Positions 30,370-40,637 of a stretch of DNA of 50,067 nucleotides are shown here, piece by piece. The notes under the pieces were generated by a model. That model searched no databases, was not told the DNA's origin, and saw only the letters and a program-made list of their open reading frames with translations. Numbering within the stretch: the first letter of the stretch is position 1; every line of letters starts with the position of its first letter. Origin of the DNA: Fidelibacterota bacterium (GTDB lineage: Bacteria; Fidelibacterota; Marinisomatia; Marinisomatales; TCS56); contig JBDRBK010000136.1 in NCBI GenBank assembly GCA_043822705.1, positions 1 through 50,067 of the forward strand, in the 5' to 3' direction. A program made the position numbers and the translations under genes.

Positions 30370-31050
30370 ATGAGTAAAATTGATCTTCTAAAAACAGTCC
30401 CGATTTTTTCGGAATTGACCGAGAATGTCCTGGTAAAAATATCGGAACTGATGCAAGTTCGCAGCTATGTCAAAGAGCAGATGATCCTGATGGAGGAGGC
30501 CCTGGGGGACTCCTTTTTCGTGATTTCCAAAGGCAGCGTAAAAATTACCCGTTTAAGTGAAGATGGTCGGGAAGTTATTCTGGCTATGTTAGGCGAGGGC
30601 GAATTTTTCGGTGAAATGTCATTACTGGATGGTGAGACCCGCTCGGCCAACGTCGTGGCGATTGAGGATGCCGAAGTCATGGTGCTCAACCGGAATGATT
30701 TTCTCAGTCTGTTGGAACGCTATCCGCGGATCGCGATCAGTCTGTTGGAGGAATTGACCCGCCGGTTACGGAAGAGCGATCAGCAGATCGAAAGTCTGTC
30801 GCTGAGCGATGCCGAAAAACGGATTGCCATCACCCTGATTCGTCTTTCGGAGGAATTGGGAGTGATCCGGCACGGGGCCGTCACGATCAAGAATCTGCCT
30901 TATCAGCAGGATATCGCCAATATGGCCGGTACTTCCCGTGAGACCGTTTCCCGGACGCTGAAATTGCTGGAGGAAAAGGAATACATCCAGCGAACCGGAA
31001 AAATGCTGGTCGTCCACGATTTCAATCATTTTCGCCGCGTCTTTACCTGA
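30370..31050 (+). CDS. Crp/Fnr family transcriptional regulator
   Basis: FFGEMSL and RSA cyclic-nucleotide cassette; HTH GTSRETVSR. Start placed at the ATG at 30370. Confidence 0.95.
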   Translation: MSKIDLLKTVPIFSELTENVLVKISELMQVRSYVKEQMILMEEALGDSFFVISKGSVKITRLSEDGREVILAMLGEGEFFGEMSLLDGETRSANVVAIEDAEVMVLNRNDFLSLLERYPRIAISLLEELTRRLRKSDQQIESLSLSDAEKRIAITLIRLSEELGVIRHGAVTIKNLPYQQDIANMAGTSRETVSRTLKLLEEKEYIQRTGKMLVVHDFNHFRRVFT

Positions 31051-31083
31051 TCGCAGTTTTATCAGTTTAGCGCCTTCTCCAGC

Positions 31084-32028
31084 ATGGAAGATCAGCTTCT
31101 GAACGGTATTCGTGCCAACAATCACCGCACGATTGCGCGGGTCATATCACAGATTGAAAACGATTACGAATTCCCGGCCAGCTTCTTCGCCGATCTGTAT
31201 TCCGCCAGCAAGAAAGCACTGCGAATCGGCCTTACCGGACCGCCGGGGGCCGGCAAGAGCACCCTCACCAACCAGTTGATACAAACCCTGATCAACGACG
31301 GAAAATCGGTTGGCGTGGTGGCTGTAGATCCGACCAGCCCGTTCACCGGCGGCGCCCTGCTGGGCGATCGGGTACGGATGAACCAGTACATCTGGAACGA
31401 TGCGGTCTATATCCGCAGCATGGGTTCGGGCGGCGATCTGGGGGGCTTGGCCCGTAAGGCTCAGGAAGTAGGGGACGTACTGGCCGCCAGCGGCAAGGAT
31501 GTGGTCATTTTCGAAACGGTGGGCGTGGGCCAGGGCGAATATGATGTGGCCAAGGCCGTGGACGTGACGATCGTGATTCTGGTTCCGGAGTCCGGCGACG
31601 AGATCCAGTTGATGAAGGCCGGCCTGATCGAGATCGCCGATATTTTCGTGATCAACAAATCCGATCGTGAAGGCGCGGGGCGGCTGGCGCATCTACTGAA
31701 AAATATGTTACATTCTTCACAAGATCAGGAAAAAGTCGAGCCGGCGGTATTCAGCACGGTCGCCAGGAATGGTGAAGGTATCGACGCGTTGTACCGCGGT
31801 ATTGCCGATTTCGTGCATACACAACGCACGAATAATCGACTGAAACGACGACGGCTTGAGCATCATCGCGACCGGGTTCTGGCACTGATCAGGGATCGGC
31901 TGGCCAGGGATTTCTGGACGAAAGCCCGGCTGGAAAAACTGGATCTGGCGATCAATGATCCGGACACGATCAAATCTTCGCCCTATCAATTGGCGCAGGA
32001 TTTCTTAAACAGTAACGCCGATGGCTAA
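31084..32028 (+). CDS. meaB: Methylmalonyl-CoA mutase-associated GTPase MeaB/ArgK
   Basis: GPPGAGKST, VDPTSPFTGGALLGDR, ETVGVGQ and NKSD motifs. Confidence 0.95.
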   Translation: MEDQLLNGIRANNHRTIARVISQIENDYEFPASFFADLYSASKKALRIGLTGPPGAGKSTLTNQLIQTLINDGKSVGVVAVDPTSPFTGGALLGDRVRMNQYIWNDAVYIRSMGSGGDLGGLARKAQEVGDVLAASGKDVVIFETVGVGQGEYDVAKAVDVTIVILVPESGDEIQLMKAGLIEIADIFVINKSDREGAGRLAHLLKNMLHSSQDQEKVEPAVFSTVARNGEGIDALYRGIADFVHTQRTNNRLKRRRLEHHRDRVLALIRDRLARDFWTKARLEKLDLAINDPDTIKSSPYQLAQDFLNSNADG

Positions 32029-32776
32029 GACCAAAGATACGACGATGCCTTTTCTCGACCACCTGGAAGAGCTGCGCTGGCGGCTGGTGAAATCGCTGGC
32101 GGCGATTCTGGCGGGCGCCATAATCACATTTTTCTTCATCGATCAGATCTTCGCCTTGTTGATCGAACCGACCAGCCGGGTCGAGGGATTCATGCAGTTG
32201 CAGGTCCTGACCGTTCAGGGCATGTTCATGATCAAATGGGGTATCGCCCTGATCGGCGGCATCATCTTGGCGATTCCGGTCCTGACCTATCAGATCTGGC
32301 GGTTCGTGGCCCCCGGTCTGCATATCCATGAAAAGAAATACGTTGCGCCACTGATCATTTTCACCTTTCTGGCCTTTCTGGCCGGCGTGGCTTTCGCCTA
32401 TCTGATCATCATCCCGTTTTCGATCCAGTTTTTTACCGGCATGGGCTATGAATTCGTCCAGAATAATTTTTCCATCAACTATTATTTCAGTTTCATCACT
32501 TGGCTGATGTTGGGCTCGGGAGCGATCTTCGAACTGCCGGTGCTGGTGTTCATCCTGTCGCTGATCGGAATCCTGACACCGGCCTTTTTAAACCATTATC
32601 GCCGGCACGCGATCGTCATCATCCTGATTATTTCGGCGGTAATAACGCCGCCGGATCCGGTCAGCCTGATCATCATGTCGATCCCCTTGTGGGGGCTTTA
32701 CGAAATCAGCATCGGCGTTTCCTGGTTGGTCACACGCCGACAAAAATCAATCCGGGAAGCCGAGCCGGCCGGATAA
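32021..32776 (+). CDS. tatC: Twin-arginine translocase subunit TatC
   Basis: DHLEELR, FVAPGL, FELP and TPPD motifs. Confidence 0.97.
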   Translation: MAKTKDTTMPFLDHLEELRWRLVKSLAAILAGAIITFFFIDQIFALLIEPTSRVEGFMQLQVLTVQGMFMIKWGIALIGGIILAIPVLTYQIWRFVAPGLHIHEKKYVAPLIIFTFLAFLAGVAFAYLIIIPFSIQFFTGMGYEFVQNNFSINYYFSFITWLMLGSGAIFELPVLVFILSLIGILTPAFLNHYRRHAIVIILIISAVITPPDPVSLIIMSIPLWGLYEISIGVSWLVTRRQKSIREAEPAG

Positions 32777-32780
32777 TCCG

Positions 32781-33770
32781 ATGCGCCGACAAATTTCAAA
32801 TCTGAAGGAAATTACCCAGCCGATCCTCGAGGATATGAAGCTGTTTCAGCACGAGCTGGACGAAGCGCTGCATTCCGAGATTCGCCTGATCAATATTGTC
32901 GGCCGCTACATCATGCGCCACCGCGGCAAGCATATCCGCCCGATTTTGACGATCCTGACCGCCCGCCTGTGCGGCAAGCCCAGCCTGAACAGTTACCGGG
33001 CGGCGGCTCTGATCGAGATCCTGCATATCGCGTCGCTGGTTCATGATGACGTGGTGGACGAGGCCCGCAAACGGCGCGGTTTTCCTTCTGTGAATCACAT
33101 CTGGAAGAACCGGATTTCGGTCCTGATGGGTGATTTCCTGTTCAGCAAAGCATTGATCAACATGATCGGTCTCAAGGATTTTGAAGTGCTGGAATTGATT
33201 TCGAGCACCGCGGAACAGATGGCATCCGGCGAAATGCTGCAGATCGAAAAAAGTGCCACCCGTTCGTTCAACGAGAACAGTTATTTCGACATGATCTACC
33301 GCAAGACGGCCACCCTGATCGCCACCAGTTGCGAACTGGGCGCGCTGACCACGACCAAGAAAGACGCCGACCGGCAGGCGATGGGACAATACGGAACGAA
33401 ATTAGGCATGGCATTTCAGATCAAGGACGATCTCTTTGACTTCCTCGGACTGGAAGCAACGACCGGCAAAGACAAGGGCGCCGACCTGAGGAAAAATCTG
33501 ATAACGCTGCCGCTGATCCATTCCTATGGTGTCATGTCCAAACCGGAACGCAAGGAAGTCGACCGCCTGTTACGCCAGAAGAAAAAATCATCGGAAACCG
33601 TCGATACAATCGCCGATATCATTCGGAATGCCGGCGGATTCGAGTATGCCTACCAGAAAATTGATGAATATTCCCACCTGGCCTTGGAGGCCATCGATCC
33701 CTATCCCGATTCACCCTATAAAAAGGCTCTGACCGATTTGGTCCTGTTCAACACCCAGCGCTCGCGGTAA
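32781..33770 (+). CDS. Polyprenyl diphosphate synthase
   Basis: GKHIRP, HDDVVD..RRG and FQIKDD motifs. Confidence 0.95.
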   Translation: MRRQISNLKEITQPILEDMKLFQHELDEALHSEIRLINIVGRYIMRHRGKHIRPILTILTARLCGKPSLNSYRAAALIEILHIASLVHDDVVDEARKRRGFPSVNHIWKNRISVLMGDFLFSKALINMIGLKDFEVLELISSTAEQMASGEMLQIEKSATRSFNENSYFDMIYRKTATLIATSCELGALTTTKKDADRQAMGQYGTKLGMAFQIKDDLFDFLGLEATTGKDKGADLRKNLITLPLIHSYGVMSKPERKEVDRLLRQKKKSSETVDTIADIIRNAGGFEYAYQKIDEYSHLALEAIDPYPDSPYKKALTDLVLFNTQRSR

Positions 33771-33771
33771 C

Positions 33772-34791
33772 GTGAACAATAAAAAGTCCTTCCTGGTGCT
33801 GCGGTTCAGCTCCATCGGCGATATAATTCTGACGACTGCGGTGCTGCGGAACCTGCGCCAGGCCTATCCCGCTGCACGGATCGATTTCATGACCCTGACC
33901 GATTTTGCTCCGCTGCTGGAAGGGCATCCGGCCATCGATCGTGTGATCATGGTCGACCGGAAAGCGGGCTTCCGGATACTGAGCAGGATCGGGCGACGAC
34001 TGCGGCTCGACGGATACGATTATCTGATCGATCTGCACAACACGCTGCGGGCAAAAATTATCCGGCTGCATAAGGGGCCGGTACCGGCGTTGGTGTTCCA
34101 CAAACCGCGCTGGAAACGGTTTCTGCTCTTCCGGTTCTACCTGAATACTTTTCTGCCCGATTTCGGCATCATCCGCTCGCTCAAGGCGGTGGTGGAACCG
34201 CTGACCGGACCCGCCAATTCCCAACCGACCGAACTGTACGTTGCCCCGGTGGAACGGCAAGCCGTCCGGAACCTGCTGACATCCCGGAGGGGAAACGGCC
34301 GGTACGTCTGTATCGCTCCGGGGGCGGCCTGGCGTCAGAAACAATGGCGACCGGAATATTACAGTCAGGTTATTGCGCGGATTGTTAATAAATTCAAATT
34401 AGATATTGTATTATTGGGAAGCGCCAAAGACATTATCTGTGACGAAATCGGTGCCCGCTGTCCGACGGCAATCAATTTGCGCGGTGCGACGACACTGCGT
34501 GAGACGCTGGCGATCATAGCAGAGGCTGATTTGATAATTGGCAGCGATACCGGACTGACCCACGCCGGCGAGGCGCTGGGTGTCAGCGCGATAATGATCC
34601 TGGGACCGACATCGGTCGAAACCGGCGCCGGACCGAACCGGCCGGATTCGGTGGGTATCGGGTTGGATTTGTGGTGCCGACCCTGTTCGCAAAGCGGCAG
34701 TCGTCGTTGTTACCGCCGTGAACAATTCTGCATGACCGGAATCGGACCTGAAATGGTGATTCAAGAAGTGGAAAAGTTAATTACCGTATGA
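33772..34791 (+). CDS. GT9 family LPS heptosyltransferase
   Basis: RFSSIGD, IDLH, PGA..KQW and SDTGLTH motifs. Confidence 0.92.
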   Translation: MNNKKSFLVLRFSSIGDIILTTAVLRNLRQAYPAARIDFMTLTDFAPLLEGHPAIDRVIMVDRKAGFRILSRIGRRLRLDGYDYLIDLHNTLRAKIIRLHKGPVPALVFHKPRWKRFLLFRFYLNTFLPDFGIIRSLKAVVEPLTGPANSQPTELYVAPVERQAVRNLLTSRRGNGRYVCIAPGAAWRQKQWRPEYYSQVIARIVNKFKLDIVLLGSAKDIICDEIGARCPTAINLRGATTLRETLAIIAEADLIIGSDTGLTHAGEALGVSAIMILGPTSVETGAGPNRPDSVGIGLDLWCRPCSQSGSRRCYRREQFCMTGIGPEMVIQEVEKLITV

Positions 34792-36071
34792 CCGTAATCT
34801 GGAAGATTGTCTATAATCTGCTGGTACTGCCGGTACTGGTCGCCGTAGTCTATATAACCGCCCTGTTCAATTCCAAATTCCGCCAGGGCGTGAAGGGACG
34901 CTTTCTGACGTTGCGCCGGCTGCGCAAATTTTTCCGGACCGTCGATCGCAGCAATCACACCTACTGGTTCCATGCCGCCTCCCACGGCGAATATGAACAG
35001 GTGCGGCCGGTCATCAAAGGATTGAAGGAAATCATTCCCAACTGTGTCACCCTGGTTAGTTTTTTCTCGCCGTCCGGATATCACAATGTCATCGATGAAA
35101 ATATCGACTGTAAAATATACTTGCCGATTGATTTCCCGCTGATCGTGAACCGCGCCCTGCGCGTCGTGCGACCGAAAAAAATAATTTTTGCGGCCTACGA
35201 CGTCTGGCCGAATCTGATCTGGCAGGCCAGCCGGCAGGGGATTCACACCACGATATTTTCCGCCCGGTTCAGTGAAGGCACCACCAAGCTGTACCCGGTG
35301 ATCAGGAGTTTTTACCGTAACGTATATTCCCATTTCTCGACCATTTATACCATTACGGACAACGACAATGAACGGCTGCACCGGATTCTGGACAAGCGCG
35401 ATAAACCGCTGATCCGCGTGCTGGGTAATCCCCGCTACGACCAAGTCAAGCATTATGCCGACAAATTCACCACCGAGCGGACCGAGTCGGTGCTGAGCCG
35501 GGATCGCCGGCTGGTAGTCGGCAGCGTCTGGCCCGAGGATGAAAATATCATCCTGGAGCCAATCATCCGTTTATTGAATGAATATCCCGACCTGTCCCTG
35601 CTGTGGGTGCCCCATGAGCCGAACGGCAAATATATTTCACATTCCGTGGATACCTTCAGCAGCCATGGTTTTAAGACGGCCACTTATGTCAGCTGCGACG
35701 GCAATATCCGTAACGGCGCCCGCGTGATCGTCGTTGACATCGTCGGCACCCTGGCGAACCTGTACTGGCAGGGCCAGATTGCCTATGTCGGCGGCGGCTT
35801 TTCCACCGGCGTGCACAACGTCATGGAACCGGCCATTGCCCGTCTGCCGGTCCTGTTCGGTCCGCGCTACAGTAATTCTCAGGAAGCCGAACAGCTATTG
35901 GAATATCAGGGTGGCTTTACGATCGCCGATGGCGCTATGGCCTATGCCAAAATTCGGCAGTTGATGACCGAACGCGAATATTTCCTCGAAGCAAGTCTGG
36001 CGGCCACCGATGTCATCCATCGCAACCTGGGCTCGGCCACGCGGGTTGTCCGCGGTATTATTCGTGATTGA
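34788..36071 (+). CDS. waaA: Kdo transferase-like glycosyltransferase
   Basis: WFHAASHGE, YLPID, YVGGGF and HNVMEPA motifs. Confidence 0.88.
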   Translation: MTVIWKIVYNLLVLPVLVAVVYITALFNSKFRQGVKGRFLTLRRLRKFFRTVDRSNHTYWFHAASHGEYEQVRPVIKGLKEIIPNCVTLVSFFSPSGYHNVIDENIDCKIYLPIDFPLIVNRALRVVRPKKIIFAAYDVWPNLIWQASRQGIHTTIFSARFSEGTTKLYPVIRSFYRNVYSHFSTIYTITDNDNERLHRILDKRDKPLIRVLGNPRYDQVKHYADKFTTERTESVLSRDRRLVVGSVWPEDENIILEPIIRLLNEYPDLSLLWVPHEPNGKYISHSVDTFSSHGFKTATYVSCDGNIRNGARVIVVDIVGTLANLYWQGQIAYVGGGFSTGVHNVMEPAIARLPVLFGPRYSNSQEAEQLLEYQGGFTIADGAMAYAKIRQLMTEREYFLEASLAATDVIHRNLGSATRVVRGIIRD

Positions 36072-37377
36072 GAATCTGAAATTCACCATCAAATTCCCCA
36101 AATTCTCCGATCAGCCGGTCACGGCGGACTTCGGACCGGGGATTCATTTGATCTACGGTGAAAGCGGGGTCGGTAAATCGGATCTGATCCGGCAACTGGT
36201 CGGTCTGCCGCCCTTCAACCGGCATAATTACCAGTTAATTAATAAATCCGTGCCCGGCGCCTGCCGCGTGCTGTTCCAGAATCCTGACAATCAAATCATC
36301 TGCTCGACCGTAGGCCGCGAACTGGCCTTTTCGGTGGAATGCGTCGAGCAGGACCCGAAAATCCTGCGGGATCGGATTGCTCGGATGCAGACGGTCCTGC
36401 CGCCGTCGATCGGCCTGAACCGCCATCCGGTGACCCTGAGCGGCGGCGAAAAAGAAATCCTGAACCTGGTCAACGCCGCCGCCAGCGCCCCCCGGGTAAT
36501 TCTGATCGACGACGGTCTGTCGTTCCTGGCGGAACACAACAAGGCCGCCATGGCCGCCCTGCTGCGGGAACTGGCGACCGACGGTAAAGCGATTATCCTG
36601 TGGTTCTCCTCCGATCTGAACGACGGCCGGCTGGCCGACACGGTCAGCGAGCTGAATCTGGCACAATTCCGGACCGGCGTCAGTCTGCGGGATCCGGGTT
36701 ACCCGCACCAGCCGCTCAGGCCGGGCAAGCTGACCCTGACGATCGGTAACCTGCATTTTGGGTACGATCACCAAACATTATTCGATAATTATTGCCGAAC
36801 GCTGACCGGTTGTCGTTCCCTGGGGATCAACGGCCGGAACGGCAGCGGCAAGACGACACTGGCAAAATTGTTGACCGGCGTCTATCACGGCAGCCGGGGC
36901 CGGTTGTCGTTGACCATCGACGATATCGATCAACCGCTGATCGGTTACCTGGATCAGTTCCCGGAGCGGATGATCGGTTCGGCCAGCCTGGATGATTTCG
37001 TTGCCGGTCTGGTGAGGAATTCATTTATCGCCGCCGGAAATCTGCGGCAGTGCTGCCGGCGGCTGCAGGAATATCAGATCAACTGGGACCTGATCCGCCG
37101 GCGGAATGCCGGCGCCATCTCTTGGTCGACCTTGCGGTTTACGCTGGTTTTGCTGCTGGCCCATTGCCATTATGATCTCCTGATCCTGGATGAACCGACA
37201 TTCGGTCTGGGCGGCGAACAACGCCGGCGCCTGATCGGCTTCCTGCAGGAATATTTGCAGCAGAAGCATTTGATACTGATTTCCCACGACCCGGAATTGA
37301 TTGACTGTCTGTGCGATCGGACAATTGATCTGAATCCGGCCCACCGGGCCAAAAAAAGTGAGCTCGAAATTGGCTGA
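36064..37377 (+). CDS. Duplicated ECF-type ABC ATPase with partly degenerate motifs
   Basis: Two Walker A motifs (GESGVGKS, GRNGSGKT), FQNPDNQ, LSGGEK, LDEPT and SHD; GTG start at 36064 overlapping waaA. Confidence 0.75.
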   Translation: MIENLKFTIKFPKFSDQPVTADFGPGIHLIYGESGVGKSDLIRQLVGLPPFNRHNYQLINKSVPGACRVLFQNPDNQIICSTVGRELAFSVECVEQDPKILRDRIARMQTVLPPSIGLNRHPVTLSGGEKEILNLVNAAASAPRVILIDDGLSFLAEHNKAAMAALLRELATDGKAIILWFSSDLNDGRLADTVSELNLAQFRTGVSLRDPGYPHQPLRPGKLTLTIGNLHFGYDHQTLFDNYCRTLTGCRSLGINGRNGSGKTTLAKLLTGVYHGSRGRLSLTIDDIDQPLIGYLDQFPERMIGSASLDDFVAGLVRNSFIAAGNLRQCCRRLQEYQINWDLIRRRNAGAISWSTLRFTLVLLLAHCHYDLLILDEPTFGLGGEQRRRLIGFLQEYLQQKHLILISHDPELIDCLCDRTIDLNPAHRAKKSELEIG

Positions 37378-37948
37378 ACCACAGAAAAAAGTAAAAATTA
37401 CCGATCCGTCGCGGATTTATACGCTGGCCAACGGAATCAGCGTCTTGCGGGCCTTCCTGGCTTTTCCGCTGATCTACACCCTGACCCGTCCCGATCTGCT
37501 GTGGGCGACACTGCTGCTGATCATTATCAGCGTGCTGTCCGATGCCCTTGACGGATATTTCGCCCGCCGCGCCAACGAGGTTACCCATTTCGGCAAGTTG
37601 CTGGATCCCCTGGCCGATTCGGTGGTGATCATCGCCGTGACCTTTTTTCTGGTACTCGATCCCGGCCGTAATTTCCCGCTCTGGTACCTGCTGCTGTTCA
37701 TCCTGCGTTACCTGTCGATCGCCCTGTTCGCCCTGTACCTGATGAACCACACCAGCCACCAGTTCGGCGCCAATAAGATCGGCAAGGTCTCGGTGAATTT
37801 CGCCGCCCTGACGATTGCCCTGTACATCTTCAATTACCCGGTCCTGGACTGGCTGCGGCTGGCCTCCATGAGCTGCTCGGTCCTGCTGCTGGTGCTGAGC
37901 TGGGTTATGTACCTCTACGAATATATCAAAGTATTGAAACGGAATTAA
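37358..37948 (+). CDS. CDP-alcohol phosphatidyltransferase (PgsA-like)
   Basis: DALDGYFAR...GKLLDPLAD motif. Confidence 0.92.
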   Translation: MSSKLAEPQKKVKITDPSRIYTLANGISVLRAFLAFPLIYTLTRPDLLWATLLLIIISVLSDALDGYFARRANEVTHFGKLLDPLADSVVIIAVTFFLVLDPGRNFPLWYLLLFILRYLSIALFALYLMNHTSHQFGANKIGKVSVNFAALTIALYIFNYPVLDWLRLASMSCSVLLLVLSWVMYLYEYIKVLKRN

Positions 37949-37954
37949 AATAGC

Positions 37955-38857
37955 ATGGCACTTGCTGGTAAACTGTTTCAGGCCCTGGGTCGGACCCGGG
38001 CTTCGCTGGCCGGTGTTTTTTCCACACTGCGGAGTCGCCGCATTACAACCGAGCAGGTCGAGGAACTGGAAGAAACGCTGCTGAAGGCCGATATCGGGCT
38101 GCCGACCGTGGAAAGTATCACCGCCGAGCTGCAGCGGCAGGGTGGCGGCACTGCCGTCGCTGTCATCAAACAAGTGTTGTTGAAGCTCCTGCCGGACACC
38201 GCTGATGGCTTTACGCTCCCCGCCGGACCGACGGTGCTGATGGTCGTCGGTGTCAACGGTACCGGCAAGACCACATCGGTGGCGAAACTGGCGGCTCATT
38301 ACCGGCGGCTGGGCCGGGACATTCTGCTGGTGGGCGCCGATACCTACCGCGCTGCGGCCGTCGAGCAGTTGCATATCTGGAGCGAACGGCTGGGTATCCG
38401 GCTGATCTGCAACGAACGCTCCACCGATCCCTCGGCGGTGCTCTATGATGGTCTGATGGCCGCCGAAGCCGCCGGCAGCGGACTGGTCATCGTCGATACA
38501 GCCGGCCGCCTGCACACTTACGCCCATCTGATGACGGAACTTGCCAAAATGTACGGCGTAATCGAAAAGCGTTTCGGTCATTTCACCCTGCGTACGCTAA
38601 TCACTATCGACGCCAACCTGGGGCAGAATTCGATCCAGCAGGCCAAATCGTTCGCCCGGCAGATTAAACTGGACGGTGCCATTCTGACCAAACTGGACGG
38701 TACCGCCAAGGGCGGCATCGTCTTCCCGCTGTACCGGGAACTGGGCTTGGCCACCGCCTTTATCGGCGTCGGCGAACAGTTGGACGACCTGTATCCGTTC
38801 GATCCGGTGGAATATATCGATTCGCTGTTCGGAACCGCCAACGGTCAGCCGGACTAA
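37955..38857 (+). CDS. ftsY: Signal recognition particle receptor FtsY
   Basis: GVNGTGKTT, DTYRAAA, DTAGR and TKLDGTAKGG motifs. Confidence 0.97.
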   Translation: MALAGKLFQALGRTRASLAGVFSTLRSRRITTEQVEELEETLLKADIGLPTVESITAELQRQGGGTAVAVIKQVLLKLLPDTADGFTLPAGPTVLMVVGVNGTGKTTSVAKLAAHYRRLGRDILLVGADTYRAAAVEQLHIWSERLGIRLICNERSTDPSAVLYDGLMAAEAAGSGLVIVDTAGRLHTYAHLMTELAKMYGVIEKRFGHFTLRTLITIDANLGQNSIQQAKSFARQIKLDGAILTKLDGTAKGGIVFPLYRELGLATAFIGVGEQLDDLYPFDPVEYIDSLFGTANGQPD

Positions 38858-38920
38858 ATTTGAATCGGCAGGGAGGAAGCATTCCCCGGGAGCGGGCGGC
38901 GTAAAAAATTTGACGACGAT

Positions 38921-40213
38921 ATGGAACAATCGAAAAAAGTAAATCTGATCAGCCTGGGTTGCGCCAAAAATCTGGTGGACTCGGAAATTGTAATCGGCGG
39001 TCTGAAACAGGCTTCCGTGGAGATTGTCGACGATCCCAAAGTCGCCGATACGATCATCATCAACACCTGCGGTTTTCTGGACGTGGCCCGCGAGGAATCG
39101 ATCGATGCCATCCTGCAGGCCGGTGAATTGAAGAAGACCGGCCGCTTGCGGGAACTGGTGGTGATGGGCTGCCTGTCGCAGCGCTACCCGGAGGACCTGG
39201 CCCGGGAGCTGCCGGAAGTGGACCACTTTTTCGGCACCAGCGACCACCGCCAGGTGGTGGCGTTCGTCACCGGCGATCCCCATCACCAGGATGACCCGCT
39301 CTACCTGCGGTCGCTGCTGACGCCGCGCCACTACGCCTACCTGAAAATCGCCGAGGGCTGTGATAATGAATGTTCGTTCTGCAGTATTCCGCTGATGCGC
39401 GGCCGCCAGCACAGCCGCTCGATCCCGGCGATAATGGCCGAGGCCCGGCAACTGGCCGACCGCGGGGTGCGCGAGCTGTTAATCATCGCCCAGGATACCA
39501 CCAGCTATGGCTGGGACCTTAAGCCCAAACTTCATTTAGACGACCTGATCCGGGAACTGGACGGCCTGCCCGATAACATCGCCTGGCTGCGGCTGCATTA
39601 CGCCCACCCGGCCCATCTTTCACCACGGATCGTTGAAGCTCTGGCACATGCCCGGAAATTTTGCCGCTACCTGGATATTCCGGTCCAGCATGCCTCGGAC
39701 CGGATTCTTGATTCCATGCGCCGGGGGCTCAACTCCGCCGGAATCCGTGAGCGCATTCGTCGCCTGCGGGAGGCGATTCCTGACATTCGGCTGCGAACGA
39801 CCCTGATTGTGGGCTATCCCGACGAGACCGAGGGCGATTTCCGGCGCCTGTACGATTTCATCGAGGAATTGCAGTTTGATCGACTGGGGGTATTCACCTA
39901 TTCGGAGGAGGATGACACCATTGCCGCCAATCTCCCGGATAATGTACCACGCCAAGTGAAAGACGACCGCAAGGCGGCCATCATGGACCTGCAGAACGAA
40001 ATCAGCGCCGCCAAAAACCAGGCCTTGGTGGGCCGGGTGCTTAAAGTACTGGTGGATGAGTCCGGGGCCGAAGAAGCGCAGGGCCGCACCGAATTCGATT
40101 CGCCGGAGATTGATAATGTTGTGAAGATCAGCGGCCGGCACGCTGTGGGGCAATTCGTCGACGTAAAAATCACCGCCGCCGGTGATTACGAACTGTTCGG
40201 CACCCCGGTGTAA
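38921..40213 (+). CDS. rimO: Ribosomal protein S12 methylthiotransferase
   Basis: SLGCAKNLVDSE, NTCGF, EGCDNECSFC, IAQD and PEID motifs. Confidence 0.97.
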   Translation: MEQSKKVNLISLGCAKNLVDSEIVIGGLKQASVEIVDDPKVADTIIINTCGFLDVAREESIDAILQAGELKKTGRLRELVVMGCLSQRYPEDLARELPEVDHFFGTSDHRQVVAFVTGDPHHQDDPLYLRSLLTPRHYAYLKIAEGCDNECSFCSIPLMRGRQHSRSIPAIMAEARQLADRGVRELLIIAQDTTSYGWDLKPKLHLDDLIRELDGLPDNIAWLRLHYAHPAHLSPRIVEALAHARKFCRYLDIPVQHASDRILDSMRRGLNSAGIRERIRRLREAIPDIRLRTTLIVGYPDETEGDFRRLYDFIEELQFDRLGVFTYSEEDDTIAANLPDNVPRQVKDDRKAAIMDLQNEISAAKNQALVGRVLKVLVDESGAEEAQGRTEFDSPEIDNVVKISGRHAVGQFVDVKITAAGDYELFGTPV

Positions 40214-40221
40214 TTGTATTT

Positions 40222-40249
40222 GCAGGGACAACACAGGTGTTGTCCCTAC
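40222..40249. repeat. GTAG...CTAC-type REP palindrome; may also terminate rimO transcription
   Basis: GCAGGGACAACAC-AG-GTGTTGTCCCTAC immediately after the rimO stop. Confidence 0.7.
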
Positions 40250-40368
40250 CGCCATTTTCTTTTTCAAACTTGATACCGAACCGACCTACGTGCCGGCGAA
40301 CTTGTCCGTCCTTTGTAGGATTCTAACTGACATTATTTAGTAGTTATAACTCCCGTTGATTATTCTTT

Positions 40369-40422
40369 GTCACTCTGAGCTTGCCTGCCTGTGGTAACGA
40401 AGTGTAGACTGGTCAAAGGGTG
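40369..40422 (+). repeat. 54-bp dispersed REP-like element, copy 2
   Basis: 49/54 identical to the reverse complement of 511-564. Confidence 0.9.
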
Positions 40423-40459
40423 CTTAGTTATTTCGACTTCGATCAGCCAATATTTTCCC

Positions 40460-40489
40460 TTGCCGCCAGCTCGGCAACTAATGTAAAAT
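40460..40489 (+). promoter_or_regulatory. Candidate sigma70 promoter for the DUF3800 gene
   Basis: TTGCCG, 18-nt spacer, TAAAAT. Confidence 0.4.
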
Positions 40490-40637
40490 CAGCCATTGTT
40501 ACCGGATACGGGAGCCGTGCCTGCTGCGTTTTATTGTTGATTGTTACCGGGAGAGGATGGTCAATTAATTTGGAGCCGTATTTTTTGGCAATAACCACAG
40601 GATAACCGGGGAAATCAGATTAGTCTATAGGGAGGTA

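Noticed and set aside
37139..38581. 480-aa minus-strand ORF and similar long antisense ORFs (e.g. 43413-44600, 21140-22135, 29307-30101)
   Set aside because: Shadow frames of well-supported GC-rich genes, with no motifs.
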